DNA of 53,813 nucleotides from a virus. Its lineage: Duplodnaviria > Caudoviricetes. The notes under the pieces were generated by a model that was given only the letters and a program-made list of their open reading frames with translations, did no database searches and was not told the DNA's origin. This document shows positions 35,655 to 43,300 of this stretch, in pieces (the first letter of the stretch is position 1; each line of letters begins with the position of its first letter). Position numbers and translations under genes: made by a program. The DNA is taken from IMG/VR virus record IMGVR_UViG_3300037478_000427, positions 1 to 53,813 of that record. One strand, written 5' to 3'.

Positions 35655-35990
35655 CTACCCGTCAGATCCGGCGGTCGAATCCGACCCGGCATCGGAGTCA
35701 CGAGAACGGGCGTCCTCGTTCGTCCACTGCTGGTTCTCCCGGAGCAACACAGTGACGACCCACCAAGCAGTGGCTCGCTCGTTCACCACGACTGCCAGCT
35801 TGCCACGCTGGTACACCGCACGACCAGGGGTAGGCCGACCCTTCCAGTGGTCGACCGACCACCGGTTCTCGTAGTCGCGCAGGACCTCCAGCACCTCGCC
35901 GAACTCGATGGCACGGTTCGCCATCACGTCACGGGCGTGATCGGAGAGCCGGATGTCCGGGATGCCGTCGACCTCCGGAGCACCGGTCAT
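35655..35990 (-). CDS. DUF4258-like (RelE/BECR-fold) protein
   Basis: LSDHARDVMANRAI...VLEVL and C-terminal LAVVV...VVTV pattern. Confidence 0.6.
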   Translation of the reverse strand: MTGAPEVDGIPDIRLSDHARDVMANRAIEFGEVLEVLRDYENRWSVDHWKGRPTPGRAVYQRGKLAVVVNERATAWWVVTVLLRENQQWTNEDARSRDSDAGSDSTAGSDG

Positions 35991-36457
35991 GGCTGGCGCT
36001 CCTCGATGAACTCGGGGACGTACGGCTCCACGAGGTGCTTGTCCTGAACAGGTACGTGGCCGGTAGCCGGGCGCTTGTCGAGGAGTGCGCCGCGGCTTGC
36101 AGCGGCCAGCTCCTCCGGCGTAGGCACCCGGGTCGGTGCGGTGTCCGGGCGCTGCTCGTCGAGCAGTGGCGCCGGCTCGTCGATGGTGTCGTCATCCGTG
36201 AGCTCGACCAGCGCCTCGGCGATGGCGTGCTCGTGATGCGGCTGACGAGTCGGATCCTTCTCCGGGTCGTACTGCTCCCCGGCCAAGGTGTGATCAGCGA
36301 TGAACTGGTGCGCCTGCTCCAGCTCGTGCTCGATTTGTCGCAGCTCGGTGATGAGCTGCCTCTGCTGGTGCTGCCAGCGGAACAACTGGTGCCGTTGCCA
36401 GACCAGCAGACACAGCAGCGCGGCGATGGTGAACACCAGCCAGGCAGTGAGGGTCAT
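35987..36457 (-). CDS. Membrane-anchored coiled-coil protein
   Basis: 156 aa, N-terminal TM, Gln-rich helix; AAGGAG RBS. Confidence 0.75.
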   Translation of the reverse strand: MTLTAWLVFTIAALLCLLVWQRHQLFRWQHQQRQLITELRQIEHELEQAHQFIADHTLAGEQYDPEKDPTRQPHHEHAIAEALVELTDDDTIDEPAPLLDEQRPDTAPTRVPTPEELAAASRGALLDKRPATGHVPVQDKHLVEPYVPEFIEERQP

Positions 36458-36582
36458 CGATCGTTCTCCTTCTGTTCGTCCGCGAGCCGGCGTGACTCAC
36501 GGTCCATGATGAGCTGAGCCTGCTCGTCCCTCGGGAGTGCTGCACCCGGGTCACGGCGAGGCAGCTCGTTCTTGTCGGACAT
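36454..36582 (-). CDS. Small soluble protein (42 aa)
   Basis: AAAGGAG RBS; MSDKNELPRRDPGAALPRDEQAQLIMDRESRRLADEQKENDR. Confidence 0.7.
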   Translation of the reverse strand: MSDKNELPRRDPGAALPRDEQAQLIMDRESRRLADEQKENDR

Positions 36583-36601
36583 GGTCGGACTCCTTTACTG
36601 C

Positions 36602-36736
36602 TCAGTCGTCACCCTCGCTGCTGGTCAGGAGGATCAGAGCGATGGCGACGAGGGCGATGGTGATCGGGATGGCGTACGGACTGGACTCCTCGTTGAAGGC
36701 GCCCGGTCCGATGGACGCCAGGATCATGAAGATCAT
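36602..36736 (-). CDS. Small membrane protein (44 aa)
   Basis: ATGA overlap; MIFMILASIGPGAFNEESSPYAIPITIALVAIALILLTSSEGDD. Confidence 0.65.
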   Translation of the reverse strand: MIFMILASIGPGAFNEESSPYAIPITIALVAIALILLTSSEGDD

Positions 36737-36906
36737 GGCTGACGTTGGAGACGGATCAGCTTGCGACGCCTGCGCTCACGCCGGTCACGCACAGCGATAC
36801 CGACGATCATGAACAGGATGTTCGTGGCACACAGGGTGGCGATCGCACCGATGGTGAGTATCACCCAGACCAGGACAGTGAGTGCGAACTGGAGCTCAGG
36901 GCTCAT
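36733..36906 (-). CDS. Small membrane protein (57 aa, Arg-rich tail)
   Basis: ATGA overlap; MSPELQFALTVLVWVILTIGAIATLCATNILFMIVGIAVRDRRERRRRKLIRLQRQP. Confidence 0.7.
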   Translation of the reverse strand: MSPELQFALTVLVWVILTIGAIATLCATNILFMIVGIAVRDRRERRRRKLIRLQRQP

Positions 36907-37070
36907 CGCTTCTGTCCCTTCCGCTTGTCACGCTCGGACTGCCGGCGCTTCTCGTCCTCGTCGAGCTGGTCGAGCTTGAAGGCGTCGTCGATCTTGTCGT
37001 TCGGCGTGAGGATCAGGCCGATGCCGATGAGCCCGACCACCACGATCAGGATGCCGAGTGCTGCCTCCAT
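36903..37070 (-). CDS. Small membrane protein (55 aa)
   Basis: GGAGGTG RBS, TGATG overlap; MEAALGILIVVVGLIGIGLILTPNDKIDDAFKLDQLDEDEKRRQSERDKRKGQKR. Confidence 0.75.
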   Translation of the reverse strand: MEAALGILIVVVGLIGIGLILTPNDKIDDAFKLDQLDEDEKRRQSERDKRKGQKR

Positions 37071-37159
37071 CAGAGGTCACCTCCGATGCTCTTGAGGATC
37101 AGCCAGAGACCGATGAGCCAGCCACCCACGATGATGGCTGCGATGATGACGTCGGTCAT
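37070..37159 (-). CDS. Small membrane protein (29 aa)
   Basis: AAGGAG RBS, TGATG overlaps; MTDVIIAAIIVGGWLIGLWLILKSIGGDL. Confidence 0.7.
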   Translation of the reverse strand: MTDVIIAAIIVGGWLIGLWLILKSIGGDL

Positions 37160-37332
37160 CAGGGCTTCTCCTTCCTGTTGGTCTTGCCGGACAGCTTGTC
37201 GAGGTCACGCTTGCGCTCACCTGCGGCGGCGAACGTGTAGATCAGGAAGATCACCACGCCCATGGCGATGAGGAACGCGCCGGGTCCGTCGACCGAGAGG
37301 TCGCTGCCCGTGCTGGCTGCTGTGATGTGCAT
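37159..37332 (-). CDS. Small membrane protein (57 aa)
   Basis: GGAAGGA RBS; MHITAASTGSDLSVDGPGAFLIAMGVVIFLIYTFAAAGERKRDLDKLSGKTNRKEKP. Confidence 0.72.
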   Translation of the reverse strand: MHITAASTGSDLSVDGPGAFLIAMGVVIFLIYTFAAAGERKRDLDKLSGKTNRKEKP

Positions 37333-37333
37333 G

Positions 37334-37522
37334 TCAGTGCTTCCTTCCGTAGTTGCGGTACGGTCCTCGCCGGTGGTCTCGGTAGTTGCGGCGCATGATG
37401 CGACGCTCACGCCAGATCCGGAACCTGTGCCGGATGGTGCGCAGGTCCGGTCCGTACATGCCGAGAGTGAAGGCGAGCCCACCCACCAGGATGGAGAGTA
37501 TTGCCAGTGCTGAATCAGGCAT
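37334..37522 (-). CDS. Small membrane protein (62 aa, Arg-rich tail)
   Basis: AGGAG RBS; MPDSALAILSILVGGLAFTLGMYGPDLRTIRHRFRIWRERRIMRRNYRDHRRGPYRNYGRKH. Confidence 0.72.
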   Translation of the reverse strand: MPDSALAILSILVGGLAFTLGMYGPDLRTIRHRFRIWRERRIMRRNYRDHRRGPYRNYGRKH

Positions 37523-37523
37523 G

Positions 37524-38981
37524 TCACTCCTGTTCGATCGAGTCGATGATGGTGTCGTCCGTGTCGATCTGGGCATCGTCGGGCAGGATCTTGATGCCGT
37601 AGTACGAACGGGCCTGCTTGCCGTCGATGCGTGGCATGGCGGCACGGCAGCCACGCAGCTCGAGCGCCTTGTACAGGTCGCTCTGCTTGCCGATCGTCGC
37701 GCTCTCGTCCTTCGCCCACGTCTGCCAGGCCGTCCAGATCTCTGAACGGGTGGCGAGGTTGTTGGGGCTGAGCTCTGCACGAGCGTGCAGAAACTTGGAC
37801 ACGTCGTCGCTGTCGTCCCGGTAGCGAGACGTGGCGAGCTCCACCTGCGGTGGTGTGTTCATGCGGTAGCCGTTGCGGAGGTACTGCTGGAAGCCCTCGA
37901 CAGCCCACGTCAGGATGCCGTCGGCCTCCAGCCTGAGCTTGTCGCCCAGTGTGGGGTCACGGTCCTCCAGTGGTACGACCACGTCGAACGGGATCACCCG
38001 GATGCGACGCCAGGCTGCGTCGTCAGATGCACTGACGTCCGGCAGGTAGTTGGTCACGATCAGGATGGTCCACGTCGGCTCGAACGTGACGGACGAGGAG
38101 TACAGATCACGGGTGGTGATCTTGTCCCCGCCGGTGACGTTCTTCATCACCGCGGTGTTCAGCTCGACACCCTCCTTGGTCTCGGAGGTGACGACGAAGC
38201 GTGTGCCACGCAATGCGAACAGCGCAGGGTTGGCACGCCCGCTCTCCCGGCGTGTGCCCAGGAGGAGCTCCTGCTCAGCGGTGTGCGAGTAGTCGCCCAG
38301 TGCGAAGCCGAGCGCCTCCACCATGGTGGACTTGCCGTTCGCACCGGTGCCGGTGGCGATGCCGAGGATGTGCTCACGCACAGTGCCGAGCAGGGAGATA
38401 CCCACGTATTGCTGGAGGTACTTCTGCACTGCCTTGTCGGGCAGCACCTGGTCGAGGAATGCGGACCAGCGTGGCGTGGTGGCAGTGGAATCGAAGGCTG
38501 CCTCGGACACCAGGGTGACGTCGTCGTCCGGTGTGGTGGGCCTGAGTTGACCTGTCATCAGGTCGACCATCCCGGACCGGGTGTTCAGCTGCCACGGATC
38601 GATATCCATTTCGGACATCGATCGTGCGATCTCTGGTGAATGCTGTGCGATGGACAGGATGCCGGCCTGGGACTTCGCCGACATCATGGAGGTGAGCTCC
38701 TTCATGTCGGACTGCTGATCCTTCTTCGCTGCGACAGTGAGCAGGGATATCAGGAGTTGCTTCAGACTTTCGCGTGCTTCGTCTTTCAAGCACTCCACCC
38801 AGCGGTATCCGTCCCACATGTGCCAGCCGCTGCTTCCGTAGATGTAGCGGAACTTGTTCTTGCGCAGACGGACGAACGCCTCGGCGTACTTCGTCTGGCC
38901 CTTGACCAGTCGGTCGGCGCCCTGGTCGGACGCCTCGGTGCTGGTGTCACCGGGGCTCAACGGGGTGCTGTGGTCGTTCAC
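37524..38981 (-). CDS. D5/P4-family SF3 replicative helicase (no fused primase domain)
   Basis: D5_N (WHMWDGYRW, LNTRSGMVDL), Walker A GTGANGKST, Walker B VVTSE, motif C IVTNYLP, AAWRRI, C-terminal winged helix. Confidence 0.9.
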   Translation of the reverse strand: MNDHSTPLSPGDTSTEASDQGADRLVKGQTKYAEAFVRLRKNKFRYIYGSSGWHMWDGYRWVECLKDEARESLKQLLISLLTVAAKKDQQSDMKELTSMMSAKSQAGILSIAQHSPEIARSMSEMDIDPWQLNTRSGMVDLMTGQLRPTTPDDDVTLVSEAAFDSTATTPRWSAFLDQVLPDKAVQKYLQQYVGISLLGTVREHILGIATGTGANGKSTMVEALGFALGDYSHTAEQELLLGTRRESGRANPALFALRGTRFVVTSETKEGVELNTAVMKNVTGGDKITTRDLYSSSVTFEPTWTILIVTNYLPDVSASDDAAWRRIRVIPFDVVVPLEDRDPTLGDKLRLEADGILTWAVEGFQQYLRNGYRMNTPPQVELATSRYRDDSDDVSKFLHARAELSPNNLATRSEIWTAWQTWAKDESATIGKQSDLYKALELRGCRAAMPRIDGKQARSYYGIKILPDDAQIDTDDTIIDSIEQE

Positions 38982-39035
38982 TTGGTGCTCCTGACACAGA
39001 TGGGGCGCAAGTCTCTGACCTGCGCAAATGCCTAA

Positions 39036-39126
39036 GTGACTACAGGTGATTACAGGGCTGGCACCACTTTGGGCTGTCGCTTTCTCATGTACTACTTGGT
39101 GCCAGGGTTGTCACTGCCTGTGTCAC
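39036..39126. repeat. ~91-bp quasi-palindromic element, copy 2 (candidate origin/operator)
   Basis: Imperfect direct repeat of 22048-22139. Confidence 0.75.
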
Positions 39127-39298
39127 TCTACCTCCAGTCGGTTCGTTTTCCTCCCCCGGGTGGAGGCGAGGCAGCGGACAAATCGGACAGTGTCGAACAG
39201 GTGTACGTAGTAGCTACGAGAGCATAGCTCTCACCTCCTTTCTCCTTTATATATTAATTCTCTTCTCTTCTCTTCTCTCAAAAAGAAATACATTCTTC

Positions 39299-39365
39299 AG
39301 CAGCACAGCCGTGCTGCTTGACAGCCGTCAAAGTGTACGGCCGTACGAAGCGTGCAGTCGCACGC
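39299..39365. promoter_or_regulatory. Four tandem hairpins with conserved C-RGYC-G loops
   Basis: AGCAGCAC-AGCC-GTGCTGCT, TTGAC-AGCC-GTCAA, GTAC-GGCC-GTAC, GCGTGC-AGTC-GCACGC. Confidence 0.7.
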
Positions 39366-39407
39366 AATATAAGACAACATGAATGAAGTAATGAATGGTT
39401 AAGTGTA

Positions 39408-39436
39408 AATGTATAGGCCCTATTCAAATAAGACAA
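39408..39436 (-). promoter_or_regulatory. Sigma70/SigA-like leftward promoter
   Basis: TTGTCT-N17-TACATT on the minus strand, upstream of the early operon. Confidence 0.5.
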
Positions 39437-39556
39437 TCATCCCTGTACGTACTCGTCACGTGATGCCGGTCGCTCGGTCGCCCGAGCGCAAGCGTCACGA
39501 GACTAGGGGTAATGATTCTGCTGTGTTGTGTTGAGTCGTCGTCGTACAGGAGATGA
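39437..39556 (-). ncRNA. Candidate structured non-coding RNA
   Basis: Closing stem TCATC.CCTGTACG/CGTACAGG.GATGA enclosing a hairpin with a minus-strand GCGA (GNRA) tetraloop; no credible ORF. Confidence 0.3.
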
Positions 39557-39576
39557 ATAAAAAAGAATAGGACAAT

Positions 39577-39618
39577 AGAAAAAGAAAGGAAGAGCCCACT
39601 CATTGAGTGGACTCTTCC
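39577..39618 (-). terminator. Rho-independent terminator after the first leftward gene
   Basis: Minus-strand stem GGAAGAGTCCACTCA/TGAGTGGGCTCTTCC (one G-U) followed by TTTCTTTTTCT. Confidence 0.8.
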
Positions 39619-39628
39619 AGGATTGGTA

Positions 39629-39895
39629 TTACTTGCTGAGTGCGATGAGCTGCTCCTTGAGCGCCTGGTACACGGCGACGTCGACCGGGTCGTTCGGGTC
39701 GAGTGCGAGCTCCTTGATGGCTCCGCGGATCTTGATGATCTGCTGAGCACGGGACGCGGTGCGTGCGTCCTGGGACTTGGAGAGGTAGTCGTCGATGAGC
39801 CGCTGGGAGACCTGGCGTTCGGCCTGGATCTCCGGGTTGAGGCTGCTGGCTACGCCTGAAAGGAGAGCCTCGTTGAAGCTGGACATGAGGGACAT
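39629..39895 (-). CDS. Hypothetical protein, first leftward (probably immediate-early) gene
   Basis: 88 aa, GGAGG RBS, GC-rich coding island inside the AT-rich region, own terminator. Confidence 0.8.
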   Translation of the reverse strand: MSLMSSFNEALLSGVASSLNPEIQAERQVSQRLIDDYLSKSQDARTASRAQQIIKIRGAIKELALDPNDPVDVAVYQALKEQLIALSK

Positions 39896-39952
39896 GTGGA
39901 CCTCCGTGTGTCGGTGTGATGCGGAAGGAGATGAGTGACGAGAGGTGTTGCT

Positions 39953-39991
39953 GTGGTACAGGTGCAGAAAGTGGTACAGGTGGTACAGGTG
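39953..39991. repeat. GTGGTACAGGTG direct repeats (3 copies)
   Basis: At 39953, 39971 and 39980 (last two overlapping); adjacent to the AT-rich tract. Confidence 0.75.
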
Positions 39992-39999
39992 GTGTTGTG

Positions 40000-40145
40000 T
40001 GTTGCAAGAAAAGTGACATAATGTAACGATAGGATCAAATGAACCTATCTATTTAATGTAACTGGAAATGGCTTATATAATATACATATATACATATGTA
40101 TAGGGGGTATGTGTTGTCTTATTTGTATTATATTATATTTTAGGA
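40000..40145. other. Very AT-rich tract at the divergence point (promoter/unwinding region)
   Basis: Runs such as TATATAATATACATATATACATATGTATA in an otherwise GC-rich genome. Confidence 0.8.
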
Positions 40146-40391
40146 AGTGCGCAGAAAACTTTTCGCACCGCCACACATGTCCGGCCATGTATCTCCTGCT
40201 AGCCGTCGGTGAGGCTGCCGCAGGCAGTAGCAACCTCAACCTCGCTTGAGGTTCAACCCAGCCAGCCAGAGTCGTCTCTGTCACATCCGTGGGGCCTGTA
40301 CGGTCATGACACGGGTAACTCCGCGTGCGGAGACAGCCGAAGGAGCATCGGCAGGTACGATTGCCTCTGACGACGAGCGGAAGGTGCCCAG

Positions 40392-43300
40392 GTGGCAAGC
40401 GGAGATGAGTTCGCGGCGGGAGCCGGCGCCAGGATCGCGGGTCCGGCTGGGCTGAACCAGCAGGTGGAGGATCAGGCGCAGGCGAACGCCGAGGCGACCG
40501 GGCAGCCCCTCCAGAGTGCGTTCGCCCAGGCCGCCTCGAATCGCCTCGCAGGCCCGGTCACCGAAGCCCCGGGTGCCCCGCGCTGGTCGACGGGTGGTCA
40601 GACGGGCGACACCGCGAACGCCTTCGACAACGAGTTCTACGACACGTTCTTCAGCCAGCAGCGGGAACAGGTCGACAAGGGTGCGCTCGGCGAGCTGTAC
40701 CAGCGCAAGGACTTCACGGGCGTGGTGACGTACGACGGCAGCCAGGACGCGACCGGCAAGGCTGCCACGTTCGGTGACGTGTACGAGGACGGCCGCAAGG
40801 TCGGAAACCTGTACGAGTCGTACGACCGGGCGACGGCGGACAGTCTCCTGGCGGATCTGACGCTCGACCCGGAGACGCGGCGGCAGGCGTACGCCCGCTT
40901 CGACACCGACCCCGAGGCATTGAGCCGGGAGGTGCAGCGGGTCCGGGATGCCACCACCAGTGACAACCAGAAGTTCCTGGGGCAGCAGGAGTACGCCTCG
41001 GCGGTCGATGAGGTGTCCAACCGGTTCGAGCAGTCGGACGGCGTGGACGAGGTGCTCACGGTGCTCGGCGGTGCCGCGGGTGGTGCGGCCGTTGGGGCGG
41101 GTGCCGGCGCGCTGTTCGGCGGGTTCGGTGCGATCCCGGGCGCCATCATCGGCGGTGTGGTCGGCGGGGTGGGTGCGGCGCTGAACCAGGACGAGATCCT
41201 GGATGCGGCGGCCCGCGCGAAGGTGCAGACGGACATGGCGTCCGAGCAGTTCGGTCCGGCGGGGGCTGTCTCCACGGGCGTGCTCGGCTGGAGCCAGGTC
41301 GCAGGCAAGCTGGTGAACCCCCTGGGGAATGTGACCCGCGGGGCGTACGACGCCATCGAGGGCGATCTGAACGACGGCGAGCTGGCGTACTACAGCACCG
41401 ACGAGAACGGTGAGGCCACTCGGCCGCTGTGGATGACGGGGCTGAATCTGGCGGCGACGCTGGGTGATGCGGCGTTCACGTTCGCGACTCCGATCGGTGC
41501 TGCGGCGTATCTCACGCCGATGACGGGTGCGATCCTGGGTGAGGTCGGGCAGCTCGCCTTCCAGGGCGGTAGCACCTTCTCGGATCAGCGTGGCGACTTC
41601 GACTCGATCTTCACCGACGACCAGGGTGACTTCGATCCGGGCAGTGCGGCGGCCGGGATCGGGAAGATCGCGATCGACGCGGTGCAGGTGGCCACTCCGG
41701 TGGGCCTGATGCGGATGTTCCGCGGCAACGAGCAGGCGGTCGCAGCGGGGCTCTCCGGGCGCCGCGTCACTGCGGGCGGGTTCAGCTACCGGCTCGATGA
41801 CGCGGGACGGGCGATCGACGGCACGCGTCGGGTGAGCGCGTCGCTGCTCGCCCCGTCGGAACAGCTCACTGCGATCTCCGCACGGGTGCTGGCGAGGCGG
41901 GATGCGGCCCTCAGAACTGGTGCTTCCCGGAACACGGTGGTGCTCACGGCGGACGACTACTACCGGGCGGCGACGAAGCTCTCGGATGGCACGGGGCGCT
42001 GGTCGAGCGCCCTGGTGACCGCGGTGGGCGAGGGCTACGAGGAGTTCGTGCAGGCGATCCTGGAGCCGGTCAGCCACGACGACCGGATCGACTGGCGTGA
42101 GGCGTACGACGCGGCGCTCCAGGGCGCTGCGATGGGCGCTGGCATGTACCTCGGTGCCTCCGCGGCCCGGCGCGGCCCTGCGTCGGCGGACGAGCGGCTG
42201 TACGCGAAGGCGGTGCTCGCCCGGCGAGACCTGACGGGTGACACGGACTCCTCGCCGGAGCAACTCTTCCCGCGCTCCGAGTGGACCGCGATGCGCGACG
42301 TAGAGCGGCGGCAGGCGGCAGCGCTCTCGCCGATGCAGACGGAGCAGGCGCGTGTCGCGCTCCAGAAGCTCCAGGGATCCATGCAGGCCGATCAGGTCGC
42401 GGGGATCTGGGGCGTGGAGAAGGTGCGCGACGCCGTCGTCAAGCAGGCGAACACCGAGGCGAATCGTGCCGGCCGGCGCTCTGACGGCTCGTACGTGATC
42501 ACGATCCTCGAGGATGCGGACTGGCCGGGGCACACGATCGGCAGCTCGCTCGACCAGACGATCAGCCTGATGGTGGATCACGGCCGGGGTCTGGAGGAGC
42601 AGGTCGAGTTCCTCACCCGCACCGACCTGAACTCCCAGGACGCTCAGGTGCAGAGCAGTGCTCGTGCGACGATCGACGAGACTCAGCAGGTGATCCAGCG
42701 GGTCAACGAGTACCTGACTCAGCTCCGGGCGTTCAAGGACGTGGCGGACCGGGAGCGGGTGGCGGGTGACCGTGTCCGTCACGACGAGGTGGTGCGCCTG
42801 GCGAACTCCCGGCTGCGGGCGTGGTTCAGCGACCAGGACTCCATCGGCCAGAGGGCCGGGACGCTGCTGTTCGTGCGCAATCCGACCGACCAGACCGGCT
42901 CGTACCAGGCGTTCATGCCGCAGGTGGTGCCGGGGCTGTCGTGGGATCAGGCGGACAACGCTCTCCAGACGTCGACTGCTGTGCTCCAGGGGCTCGGCGG
43001 CGACTACGACGGCGACAAGATCGTGTACCAGGGCAAGCTCCTGGTGGACGGCGAGACCTTCCAGAACCTTCGGACCGGAAGGAATCTCATCGGGACCATG
43101 GGTCCGACGGCGGAGGCGGTGAACATCGGCACGCGTGAGTTCGAGGAGCGCGAGGTGCAGGTGCTCGCCGGTGCCCTCGCGGCGAACAACGTGCCGGTGG
43201 CCACCGGTGCGCAGGCCACGATCGCGGACATCGCACGCTGGTTCGCGACCCGCTACGACGGCTACATCCCGAGGGACCGGATCGATCGCATCAACCGGCG

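Noticed and set aside
39424-40398. Track ORFs in the AT-rich region (39424..39750, 39600..40019, 39850..40038, 40045..40398)
   Set aside because: Atypical codon use, they cross terminators and repeats, and lack an RBS. Only 39629..39895 looks genuine.
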